Shown here one piece after another: positions 1 to 10,877 of a stretch of DNA of 64,000 nt (within the stretch, counting starts at the first letter, position 1; every line of letters starts with the position of its first letter). The position numbers and the translations under genes are program-made. Under the pieces are notes generated by a model that was given only the letters and a program-made list of their open reading frames with translations, had not been told where the DNA came from and did not search any database. Source of the DNA: Octopus sinensis (Eukaryota). The stretch spans positions 163,370,001-163,434,000 of the forward strand of contig NC_042997.1 in NCBI RefSeq assembly GCF_006345805.1, written 5' to 3'.

Positions 1-741
1 GCCACGTTCGGATGGTTGTTGCCAGCGCCGCCCCGACTATCTGGAAGAAATGAAATAATTCATGATTAATTCAAAATAATGTGAATAAGTGAGTATTACA
101 GTTGGCAGAGTAGTCTGAATTCTAATGGATTAAACATTTTTGTATTTTTTAAGTTAAAATTTTAGTTGAAGTATGATTTATTAAAATTCAATGCAATCAT
201 TCTGAGAATTAATCCAAAATTGTAAAACCATGTTGGCAACCAAAATCAAAGAGTAATGCAGCTATGAGTAGTATGAAAACAAAAATGATTCAGGTTTTAT
301 AAGGGTTGCAGTATTGCTTTGAACAGCATTGCTTGAAGACTTTTATTGGGCAATTTTCCCAATAGACTATTGCTTGGGGAAAAACTCAAAGATATTGCCA
401 ATTACCCTAATTGAATTTGTTGTGCATAAACATTGAATTTCCAACAACAGTACATCTGACTCCTTTTCTTCAGGATCTGTTTATGATGGTTCATTAAAGC
501 TCAAATATTTTAAAACCAAGAATAGTTTTACAAAACTTTTCAAAAGAAGAAATTTTACCAAAGTATATAGACATGAAATTGTCTTAAACATAATACACAC
601 ACACACACATATATATATACTTTATTGTGGGTTAACAAAGCTACCATTGGTTTCTTGCCGAGAGAAATCTCTCAACATTTATCAAGCTTGCCACACTGTC
701 ATATGGGACATTGGTACTCTCTCAACAATTATGAAAATGTA

Positions 742-949
742 CATCATCATCATTTAACGTCCGTTTTCCATGCTAGCATGGGTTGGATGGTTCAACCAGG
801 GTCTGGGAAGCCAGGAGGCTGCACCAGGCTCCAGTCTGATCTGGCAGTGTTTCTACAGTTGGATGCCCTTCCTAACGCCAACCACTCCGTGAGTGTAGCA
901 CCCACTACACTCACGGAGTGGTTGGCATTAGGAAGGGCATCCAGCTGTA
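742..949 (-). mobile_element. RTE LINE 3' UTR fragment (family C) with local fold-back
   Basis: (CAT)n followed by TTTAACGTCCGTTTTCCATGCTAGCATGGGTTGG...GGATGCCCTTCCTAACGCCAACCACTCC, the same sequence that follows the RTE ORF end at 9399-10434. 854-898 is inverted at 905-949. Confidence 0.8.
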
Positions 950-1084
950 TAAATATAAATGAATATGTCTGTACATATATATCTATGAGTGTGTTTGTAT
1001 GTCTTTATCTTGACATCATGTACAACTAAATATAAACAAAAGAATACTGTCATACAATCAGTATCAATTGTTTGCTATCTTCTG

Positions 1085-1420
1085 TGAAATCCTGTCCAAT
1101 CATCACATTGCTTACATTTAAAGGACTAGGGAAAATATTAACTTTCTTAGAAACAAGTGAGGAAGGTCATCCATCTACCTCAGTGAATTTCATCTGATGC
1201 ATACAACCATGGGAAAGTGGACATTAAAATGACAATGATGAAGATGACGATATATCATCATCATTATCTTTGTTTCAACATCCACTTTTCCATGCTTGCA
1301 TGGGTCAGATAGAGTTTATTGAAGTGGCTAGATGCCTTCTTGTCACCAACCCTCACTGGCTTCCCAGCAAAGTAATATTTCCCCCATGGCCATTCATGTT
1401 CTTGCAGAATATTGGAAATG
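1085..1420. mobile_element. Two degenerate RTE 3' tails joined tail-to-tail
   Basis: GGAAAGTGGACATTAAAATGACAATGATGA on + meets TCATCATCATT...CATCCACTTTTCCATGCTTGCATGGG (minus copy) near 1255. Confidence 0.65.
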
Positions 1421-1444
1421 AATGACCCTAGCTACCTGTAAATA

Positions 1445-1664
1445 TATGGTGGGGTGCTGAAAAGTTCCTGACTTTTAGGGTATCATGAAAGGCCTGGTTG
1501 GAGGCCCAACTTTGTGAGTTCTTTTGCAAAGCTTAGGGAAACTAAAGGACCATTGCAATAAATGTGTGAATCCGAGAGAGGAATATGTTGAATAAAATCA
1601 TAATTAACTGATCCTCCTATATTTTCTTTACTCAAAGCCAGGAACTTTTCAGCAACCCCTCGTA
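1445..1664 (+). mobile_element. Internally deleted mariner derivative (MITE)
   Basis: TIR pair TATGGTGGGGTGCTGAAAAGTTCCTGACTTT / AAAGCCAGGAACTTTTCAGCAACCCCTCGTA with TA ends. The interior retains a transposase C-terminus-like KCVNPRGEYVE*. Confidence 0.8.
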
Positions 1665-1679
1665 TGTATGTGCTAAGTG

Positions 1680-1835
1680 CATAAAAGCACCCACTACACT
1701 CTGTAAAGTGGTTGGCATTAGGAAGGACATCCAACGATAGAAAGCATGTCAAAACAGCTCTTCAGCTGACCAGTTCCTGTCAAACCGTCCAACCCATGTC
1801 AGCAGGGAAAATGGACATTAAACAATGATGATGAT
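1680..1835 (+). mobile_element. RTE 3' tail (family C)
   Basis: AAAAGCACCCACTACACTCTG...GGCATTAGGAAGGACATCC...GGACATTAAACAATGATGATGATG. Confidence 0.75.
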
Positions 1836-2067
1836 GTGTGTATGTAATTAAGTGCTTTGCAATATTTAACAATGTAATTTAAAATCATTTGACTGTAAAA
1901 AATGTACTTTGGAATACAATCTTGAAATGATTTGATTGTAGCAATGTACTTTGGGTAATATTATGATATTTTGGAATACAAATAATGTTTTTTGAAATAA
2001 TTTGATGTATTTTGAAATGATTTGGTTTTAATAATATACTTTGGAATTTACTGCAAAGTAAAGAAAT

Positions 2068-2500
2068 ATCTTTTTTCTTTTATTTTTGACTTGCTTTAGT
2101 CATTGGACTGCGGCCATGCTGGGGCACCAGCTTGAAGAATTTTTAAAAGCCTGGTACTTATGCCATCAGTCACTTTTTCTGCACAGCTAAATTACACAGA
2201 TGTAAACTCACCAATACTGGTTGTTGGGTGGTGGTGGGAGACAAACACAGAAACAAAGACATACACACACATACATATATATCATCATCATCGTTTAACG
2301 TCTGCTTTCCATGCTAGCATGGGTTGGACGATTTGACTGAGGACTGGTGAACCAGATGGCTGCACTGGGCTCCAATCTTGATCTGGCAGAGTTTTTACAG
2401 CTGAATGCCCTTCCTAACGCCAACCACTCCGAGAGTGTAGTGGGTGCTTTTATGTGCCACTGGCACGGGGGGGGCAGTCAGGTGGTACTGGCAACAACCT
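2068..2500 (-). mobile_element. SINE family B 3' module plus RTE 3' tail inserted at a (TA)n tract
   Basis: 2068-2275 matches the reverse complement of the family B 3' module (CAGTCATTGGACTGCGGCCATGCTGG). The family C tail starts at 2281. Confidence 0.7.
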
Positions 2501-2559
2501 CTATATACCACACAATTCAGGAGAGATAGAAAAATGGTCATATAAAGAAAATGTGCTAT

Positions 2560-2940
2560 AGGTGCAGGTGTGGCTGTATGATAGGAAGTTTGCTTTCCAA
2601 CCACATGGTTCCAGGTTCAGTCCCCAATGCATGACACTTTGGGCAAGTATCTTCTCCTACAGCCTCAGGTCAACCAAGGCCTTGTGAGTGGATTTGGTAA
2701 ACAGAAACTGAAAGACATTCATCGTGTGTGTGTGTGTGTGCATGTGTGTCTTTGTGTCTGTCCCTACCACCACTTGACAGGTGGTGCTGGTGTGATTACA
2801 TCTCTTTAACTTAGCAGTTCAGCAAAAGAGACTGATAAAATAAGTATCAGGCTTTAAAAATAAGTATTGGGGTCGATTCATTCAACTAGATGCCCTAGTA
2901 TGGCTGCAGTCAAATAACTGAAACAAAAGATAAAAGATAT
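2560..2940 (+). mobile_element. CORE-type tRNA-derived SINE (family B), full length
   Basis: Head GGTGTGGCTGTATGATAGG (A box) and GGTTCAGTCCC (B box), CORE-like ACTTTGGGCAAGTATCTTCT, internal (TG)n, 3' module ending GAAACAAAAGATAAAAGA. Confidence 0.75.
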
Positions 2941-3670
2941 ATAATATGTATATTGTATATGTACTCAGCTGCAGTAGAACTGTGTCAGTTGTGTGACAAA
3001 AATTTTGATGCTTTATGAAATAGATTTAAAGTGAACTTAACAGTTATGTGTATTATTAAATAGCCTGAATACCTTTTAGTTTCAATATAAGTGCTCAGAT
3101 TAAGTCTCTTGTTAGCCAAGTACAATTCAGATTTTATTTGACTAGTAGTCTGGTTTCTTGGTGGTTGGAATTTTTAGCCTGAGTCAGAAATGAATGTTGT
3201 ATTTAAAAGGTTGCAGAAATGTGGTGGTTTTCTGTTTTTATTTAAATGTAGTGATTTCAGTTTGTGAATGTGTGAATGTAAGCTATCAATCAGGTTGATG
3301 TAGTATGCCAATGGGAGTGTTTGCTTTGTGCTTAGGAAAATATAATAGAATATAAATGGGAGAAGTTAAAATGCCAGTTGGTGGTATATTGTGTGGATTC
3401 AGCAGCATATCAAGTGAGCTGGTTCAGAATTTTGTTTGTGAATGTGATAGTCACTGATGCATGAAGAATTTATTTCTCTACAGAGAGGTCAATGCTTTTA
3501 AGCAGATAAAATTAGCTTATTGGACTTGAATGAAGTGGTGGGAGCTGGAGAGATGAAGAGAGAGGAGACAGCAGTAGTAGAGGAGTAATTTACAGAGGGG
3601 TGGGGTAGAGGAGCAGGGAGGTAAACATGCAGAGTTTAATAGGTGCAATAATTTTATATCAATATTTGAA

Positions 3671-4184
3671 TTAACCCTTCAGTGTTCAAATTACTCAGTC
3701 AAATGTAAGGCTTATTTATTCATATTGTTTTGAATTAATCAGGAATTTATCAGGTGTAGTGCACCTGAGTAGTGTATATAACAATTTCATTATTATTGAG
3801 CTGGAAACGTTAGCTCACTGGATGAAATTATTAAGCAGAAACATTAGCTTACTAATTGAAATGCTTAGTGGTATTTTGCCCCTTGCTACGTTCTGAGTTC
3901 AAATTCCACCAAGGTTGACTTTTCATTTCATCCTTTTGAGGTTGATAAATTAAGTACCAGTGAAACACTGAGATCAATGTAATCGACCAGTCCCCTCCCC
4001 ACAAGTTTCAGGCCTTGTGCCTTTAGTAGAAAGACATGATTTTTTATGAATTATCTCATAGCTTCAAGATTTTGATGTCATGATAGTTTATTTTCAGAAT
4101 GACATTATAGGATTGGTGTGAGATGCCAGATCTGGCCAGGCCAATCAAAAAACATGTTAAAAAATTTGGGCCAGAAAGGGTTAA
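3671..4184 (+). mobile_element. piggyBac-like MITE (family P1) interrupted by a family A SINE (~3790-4035)
   Basis: TTAA|CCCTT start and AAGGG|TTAA end. The body recurs at 6265, 28320, 28868 and 49034. Confidence 0.75.
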
Positions 4185-5696
4185 GGAAATTGATGTATTC
4201 CACTTTTTTTACTACACTGTTAGAAACTTTGTTTCTAAAGGAAGGTAAAACATGGCTTTTATGAGGGTAAGTTCTTTTAATAATGGAAAGAAGTATATAT
4301 TTAAATAAAATGCAATAGGCTTATAATGACCCTTTCATGTATAGAAAAATATCCTTTTAATAATATTACATGTAATTCAGTAAATTATATATCTATATCA
4401 TGCAAAAACTAAAATAAAAATATGAATTAATAAAAAACAAATGTGGTACTACTGGTTCTTTCAAACTTCTAATTCTTCCCTAATATTACAGATGCTAATC
4501 CCTGAATTATTGGAGGGGCTTCATTTCAAAATAGAAGCAACTAATTTGCAATACTTTGAGTTAAATGATATCATCTGAAATGTAGTCAGAGATGATCATT
4601 AATGGCTTATATGAACAATAGCAGCCTGTATTGATTGCAGAAGAATAGGCAACACTTGTCTGTAATCTTTTCCTAGCAGAATGATCTTATATAAAAAAAT
4701 GCTATTGATACCAGCAATATTTTGACTATTAATGGCATAAAGAGTATCATGGGTGGTTCATCAATGAGACAGAATTACATCTTGATCTCTTAAGAAATGA
4801 ACTTGTTCAGCTCTAGGAGATATATTACAAATGCTTAGAGCATACATGTAGAGCATACAACACATGATCATACAACACATCAGAAAGGGTACTGGTAGTT
4901 TGAATAAGCTGCTTAATGTCTTACTATTATATAACAACAAAGTAGCAGCAACACCAGTCTACACAGTACTTGATAAATTGAAATTATTCCCAAGACTAGA
5001 AACAATAATATACATTAAATAAGTTTTCCTACATCCTCCTGAAATCTTGATTATAAAAGCAACTACATTTCAGAATTTCTCTTCTTGTCTTCTGCATTGA
5101 TCAATACATCAGTAATTTTTTTTTTTTTTGTTAAAATTTTTTGAATGTTTGTTTAAATGAATAAGGCTGGAGTTCTTGTTCATCTATGTTTCTAAATTTA
5201 CCCATAGATTCTCATAATCCTATTCCTAGTCTTTGTTAATTTGTTCCTCTTTAGATTGAACTTTGATTTATTGCATATTTCTTGTCCTTTATGTAAAGAA
5301 AATCTTCAATTGTTTGTTCTGCAAAATAGTTCCAAGACTGAATTATATTTTGAGGATTGTTAATAGTACAAATAGCTTAGCTGCATACATTACTTGTAAG
5401 TTGCAATAGTGTTCAAAATGTTGAAGCTTCCTCTAAAGTGCTTCCAAACTCATTTTCTTAGTCAATAATTTAAATTGAATGCAAGCATTTTTAGTAGCTG
5501 ACATAATTTCTCTTTGGACTATTCTCAATTTTTCCATGTCTTGCTTCATATACACAAATATACACCGTGGGGTTGTTTACCAGTAAAATATTTTAGCCAT
5601 TCATCTCATTTAACATTCCTATTGGATCAGTGACACTATATAATTCTTGTAAACATTAAAAAAATATTTTCTAAGTAAAAAACAAATTCCTTTCAT

Positions 5697-6092
5697 CATC
5701 ATCATTTAACGTCCGCTTTCTATGCTAACATGAGTTGGATGATTTGACTGAGGACTGGCGAACCAGATGGCTGCACCAGGCTCCAATATCATCTGGCAGA
5801 GTTTCTACAGCTGGATGCCCTTCCTAACACCAACCACTCTGTGAGTGTAGTGGGTGCTTTTATGTGCCAGTCTGGCGGTACTGGCAACGGCCATGCTCAA
5901 ATGGTGTTTTTTACGTGCCACCTGCACAGGAGTCAGTCCAGCGGCATTGGCAACGATCTCACTCGAATGTTTTGTTCACGTTCCAGTAAAGTGACGCTGG
6001 TAACAACCATGTTCAAATGATGCTTTTTATGTGCCACTGGCACGGAAGCCAGACAGCTGCTCTGGCAGTGATCCTGCTCGGATGAAGCTGTT
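5697..6092 (-). mobile_element. RTE 3' UTR with about 3 tandem units, nested in the Helitron relic
   Basis: Family C sequence with a (CAT)n end and repeated GGTGCTTTTTATGTGCC units. Confidence 0.8.
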
Positions 6093-6264
6093 AGCACTCC
6101 TTTCTTATACCTATTAAAATACTTGTCTCTACAACTTATCAACTCTAAATTTTTATGCATCGATTTTTTCCTTCTTTCATTGAAAATGGGATTTTACAGA
6201 GAAGAAATAATCATCCAGACTATTCAGTCAAAATAGTATCACAGTGTCATTGTGCTTCAGTAGC

Positions 6265-6490
6265 TTTACCCTCTAATATTTAAAAAGGCCATATCTGTCC
6301 AAAATATTCTACTTGTTTTATGTTCAAACCAGCCAGATCTGGCCTCTCACACCTACCTTACAATGTCTTTCTAAAAATAAAGTCACATCATTGAAATTTC
6401 AAAGCAATGAGATAATACATGATTAACTCAAAACAATGTAATAAATAAACCTTACATTTGACAGAGTAATCAAAATACAAAAAGGGTTAA
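6265..6490 (-). mobile_element. piggyBac-like MITE (P1), nested in the Helitron relic
   Basis: TTTA|CCCT ... AAAGGG|TTAA. Body is the reverse complement of the 3671 element. Confidence 0.75.
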
Positions 6491-6752
6491 TAAACTTAAC
6501 TTCTTTGAAAGTACACTTGTCTGCTGACTTTGAAGGTGGAAAGCTTGTCTCTGTGGGATGTTTAAATTGTTTGTATTTTCTGGGCATTTTGGATTACTGA
6601 TGTACATTAGAAAATAGTCAGGTTTTCCATACTTTGCTACTACTACTATTGTCAAAGCATCTTGTAAAGAACTGGTAAACTCCTAGTGAATGAAGAAGGA
6701 AATATGACCATTACTCCACCAGTTCTGGTTTTCTCTGGTTGCAAAGAGACCT

Positions 6753-6986
6753 TATTTCTTTATTGCCCACAAGTGGCTAAACACAGAGGGGACAAACAAG
6801 GACAGACAAAGGGATCAAGTCGATTACATTGACCTCCAGTGTGTAACTGGTACTTTATTTATCGACCCTGAAAGGATGAAAGGCAAAGTCAACCTCGGCA
6901 GAATTTGAACTCAGAACGTAACTGCAGACGAAATACTGCTAAGCACATCGCCTGGCATACTAACGTTTCTGCCAGCTCGCCGCCTT
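6753..6986 (-). mobile_element. tRNA-derived SINE family A with target-site duplication
   Basis: Reverse complement of GGCGGCGAGCTGGCAGAAACGTTAG...GAGTTCAAATTC...CCTTTCATCCTTTC. Flanked by GTTGCAAAGA(G/A)ACCT at 6738-6752 and 6992-7006. Confidence 0.85.
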
Positions 6987-7514
6987 CTGTAGTTGCAAAG
7001 AAACCTGTCAGTCTGTTGTACTAAGATTGGCTGTTTCTTACCAAATATAAATGGTACTCTCCAGCCTTGAAATATACAGACATACCTGACCTTGCAGCTC
7101 TTTCAAATGCATATTTTTATATAGTTCAGCACATGGATTGTAAATATTCTAATTTCTTGTAGAGTATACAACACATTAGGCAAACATTTTGAATTTTGAG
7201 GAGCTTCTAATTGAAATTGTAAAGATTATTTAGCATCAAAATTTTAAGTTGATTATATTAACCAACTTTATATCATTAATTCTATTATTGAAGTCAGGCA
7301 ATCAGTTTCTGGGTGCAGACAGAAGTAGAATGGTGTGTCAAACCCTGAATTTTAAAACAAATAAATTCCCTTTCCGTTAGATGTGATAATCTTTACACTA
7401 AACGATGCAAACAAAACAAACTGCATAATTATAATTTGAAATAATTTACCGGAAATTATAAGCTCCTCCCACCCGCTGCTTTCATCATTATCATCACCAT
7501 CATTATTATTACTG

Positions 7515-7935
7515 GAGGTATAAGGCAGCAAGCTGGCAGAAATGTTTAGTGGTATTTCATCTGTTTTCATGTTCTGAGTTCAAATTCTGCTGAGGTCGAC
7601 TTTGCCTTTCATTCTTTCAGGGTTAATAAATTAAGTACCAGTTGCGTAATGGAGTCAATCTAATTGTATAACCCCCTGCCCCAAAATTCCGGGCCTTGTG
7701 CCTAGAGTAGAGAAGATTATTATTGGAGGTTGACTTTGCCTTTCATCCTTTCGGGGTCGATAAAATAAGTACCAGTTGAACACTGGGGTCAATGTAATCG
7801 ACTCATCCCCTCCTCCAAAATTGTTGTCCTTGTGGCAAAATTTGAAACCATTATTATTATTTGAGGTTGACTTTGCTTTTCATTCTTTCAGGGTCAATAA
7901 AATAAGTACCAACTGAACACTAGGGTTGATGTAAT
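7515..7935 (+). mobile_element. Tandem cluster of three family A SINE copies (two 5'-truncated)
   Basis: Three repeats of GAGGT(C/T)GACTTTGC(C/T)TTTCAT(T/C)CTTTC...AAGTACCA. Confidence 0.8.
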
Positions 7936-8203
7936 ATTCTGCCCGCTGTATTCATCTGTGCTGCATTGTTGTGCTTCTCTCTTTCTCTCGATGTTGTTGC
8001 AAATAATTAGTTTACTGTTCATCATTCTTGTTCTCTGCTGGCTATATTTTTGATAATGTAGATACCCTGCATGTTTGTGCTCAGTCATATTGGCTCTTTA
8101 TTCATGTTCTTTTACTAGTTTCAGTTATTGGGGCACTGCCTTGAATATACACATATATACACCTACACATGGGTGGTATATATATGTGTGTGTATATATG
8201 AAA

Positions 8204-8605
8204 AGGCGACAAGCTGGCAGAAACATTAGCATGCCGGGCGAAATGCATAGCGGTATTTCATCTGCTGTTATGTTCTGAGTTCAAATTCCGCCGAGGTCGA
8301 CTTTGCCTTTCATCCTTTCGGGGTCGATTAATTAAGTACCAGTTATGCACTGGGGTTAACTTAATCCGTTTGCCTGTCATTGTTTGTCCTCTCTGTGTTT
8401 AGCCCCTTGTGAGTAGTAAAGAAATAGGTATATATATATATGTGTGTGTTTGTGTATGTATATATATATGTAGAATGGACTTCCATACAATTTCTGTTTA
8501 TCAGCTTCATTTACAAGGCATTTGTCGGTGTGGGACAACAATAGAAGTCGTTTCCCTAAGATGCTGTGCGATGGGAGTGAACCTGAAACCACATGGTTGT
8601 AAAGT
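8204..8605. mobile_element. Family A SINE (+, 8204-8430) and family B head (-, ~8470-8605)
   Basis: Consensus matches including the B box GAGTTCAAATTCC and the tail AAAGAAATAGGT. Confidence 0.8.
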
Positions 8606-9398
8606 GAACTTTTTAACCACATAAAATGCCTTAGCCTTCGATTTTGCTGGTTTTCATCTTCAACTTTCTTTTATTCCTTGTCTTCATTCTAAATCTATTA
8701 TAACCTATATTGTTCAATAATTAATATTGCTTTTTCCTCACAGCATAATTATCTCCAGTTAGATTTTTAATGCTCTTTGCAAAAAATATGGTAATATTTC
8801 AATCAATATATAATAATTTGTATAATCAATATATTAACATGAAATTGATGTGTTATCATAATTACTATCATGGCAATACAACTATTACACAGAAGCAATA
8901 TTTGACAGAAGTGTGGAGTCATTTTGTTATGACCTAACATGCTATGACTATAACCAAAATGCAATCAATAATGATAATCAATAATTTTTGGAATTTCCAT
9001 TCATTCAGTTCATGCTTTTATTTAAAAAGAATTAAAATAGCTTTTATATAGTTTATAAATATTTGTATGGAAAAAATATAATGTACTTTACTGTAAATAT
9101 TTCAGAGGGTTGAGTTAAGTACACTTAGAAAAACATCATTTAAATATATGTATATATAGCAATGCAAATAAACAAATAAAACTGCTAGGGCTAGATATAT
9201 AAAATATACATGTAAACAGAGAGAGAGAGAGAGTGAAAATATTCAGACTATGAACATTCATGTGTAAGCATAGATATTTATATATTAACCAAGCAGATTT
9301 ACACAGAATACAAAGTTTCTTCTATATTGAGCATCTTTAGAAACTATCTGTTGACTCTTTCTCTCTTTCTACATATATATATATATATATATATATAT

Positions 9399-10434
9399 CA
9401 TCATCATCATCATTTAGCGTCCGTTCTCCATGCTAGCATGGGTTGGACGGTTCAACTGGGATCTGTGAAGCTGGAAGGCTTCGTCAGGCCCAGTCAGATC
9501 TGGCAGTGTTTCTACGGCTGGATGCCCTTCCTAATGCCAACCACTCCGTGAGTGTAGTGGGTGCTTTTTACGTGCCACCCGCACAGGTGCCAGACAGAGC
9601 TGGCAAACGGCCACGAACGGATGGTGCTTTTACGTGTCACCAGCACGGGGCGAGGCGAGGCTGGCAACGGACACGAACGGATGGTGCTTTTACGTGCCAC
9701 CAACACGGGCCAGACAGAGCTGGCAAACGGCCACGAAACGGATGGTGCTTTTACGTGTCACCGGCATGGGGGCCAGGCGAGGCTGGCAACGGACATGAAC
9801 GGATGGTGCTTTTACGTGCCACCAACACGGGGGCCAGACAGAGCTGGCAAACGGCCACGAAAAGGATGGTGCTTTTACGTGTCATCGGCACGGGGGCCAG
9901 GCGAGGCTGGCAACGGACACAAACGGATGGTGCTTTTACATGCCACCGACACGGGGGCCAGACAGGGCTGGCAAACGGCCACGAACGGATGGTGCTTTTA
10001 CGTGTCACCTGCACGGGGCCCCTGATGTTGATCGACCTCAATTTGGTTCTGCTTTCTGATATATGTATTGATTTGGTTTGATTTTGATTTTGACTGTTCT
10101 CACTGGTCTTGCCGGGTTTTCTCACGCACAGCATACTTCCAAAGGTCTCGGTCTCTGGTCATTTCCTTGGTGAGACCTAAAGTTCGAAGGTTGTGCTTCA
10201 CCACCTCGACCCAGGTTTTCCTGGGTCTACCTCTTCCACAGGTCCCCTCAACTGCCAGGGTGTGGCACTTTCGCACACAACTATCTTCAGCCATTCTCAT
10301 CACATGACCATACCAGCGCAAATGTCTCTCTTGCACACAACAACTGATGCTTCTTAGGTTCAACTTTTCTCTCAAGGTACTTACACTCTGTCAATTATGA
10401 ACACTGACATTACACATCCATCGGAGCATACTAG
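9399..10434 (-). mobile_element. 5'-truncated RTE-clade LINE: ORF C-terminus, 3' UTR tandem array, (GAT)n tail
   Basis: The ORF at 10100-10375 encodes RHLRWYGHVMRM...EGTCGRGRPRKTW...DRDLWK, the typical RTE C-terminal motif. It is followed by the family C UTR, which identifies family C as RTE 3' ends. Confidence 0.9.
9562..10020. repeat. Tandem array of 60-63 nt units alternating A/B inside the RTE 3' UTR
   Basis: TGCTTTT(T)AC starts at 9562, 9625, 9685, 9746, 9807, 9870, 9931 and 9993. Odd units carry CCAGACAG(A/G)GCTGGCAAACGGCC and even units AGGCGAGGCTGGCAACGGAC. Confidence 0.95.
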
Positions 10435-10563
10435 AACTCTCAATGCCAATAAATTGTTATCATTTCTTATTGTATACTCTCCACTTTTTTGTTCTCTATA
10501 CCTGCCACTCACTGCTTGAAGCTTACCAACTTCCTACACTTGGATCCCCAGATCATATATATA

Positions 10564-10608
<45 letters not shown>

Positions 10609-10774
10609 CTGGGGATCCAAGTGTAGGAAGTTGGTAAGCTTCAAGCTTATATATGATCTGGGGATCCAAGTGTAGGAAGTTGGTAAGCTTCAAGCAATGA
10701 GTGGCAGGTATAGAGAACAAAAAAGTGGAGAGTATACAATAAGAAATGATAACAATTTATTGGCATTGAGAGTT
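10435..10774. repeat. Long near-perfect palindrome centred on (TA)n with an internal ~50 bp direct duplication
   Basis: AACTCTCAATGCC...GGATCCCCAGATCATATA / TATATGATCTGGGGATCC...GGCATTGAGAGTT. The GATCTGGGGATCC...CTTCAAGC block occurs twice in the right arm. Confidence 0.95.
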
Positions 10775-10877
10775 ACACACTTTTTTCCTATATCAAAGTT
10801 GCAAGGAAATTCAAAAATCTGATAGGTTCTATATAGCTCAAAGTTAGCAACCAGAGCTGATTTATATATACATATAT

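Larger units (their letters stand above)
4480..7250 (-). pseudogene. Decayed autonomous Helitron RepHel (HUH Rep plus PIF1-family helicase) with nested insertions
   Basis: Minus-strand translation gives Rep-like VIFPSSFT...KYGKPDYFLMYISNPKCPE (6540-6720), inter-domain TLEEAS...NNPQNIIQSWNYF..EDF (~5290-5450), helicase Walker A-like GGCRKTY (~5020-5045), TGVAATLL..SKTLSSLFKLPVP (~4885-4960), IDEPPM and LLGKDYRQVLP (~4645-4680). Many stops and frameshifts. Confidence 0.85.

Noticed and set aside
1880-2050. Degenerate AATGTACTTTGGAATA-type repeat
   Set aside because: Too decayed and AT-rich to define a unit or infer a function.
9443-10134. Overlapping 127-212 aa ORFs, and a superficial CRISPR-like periodicity
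   Set aside because: The units are whole tandem repeats without unique spacers, lie inside a LINE 3' UTR, and there are no cas genes. The ORFs are by-products of the repeat.
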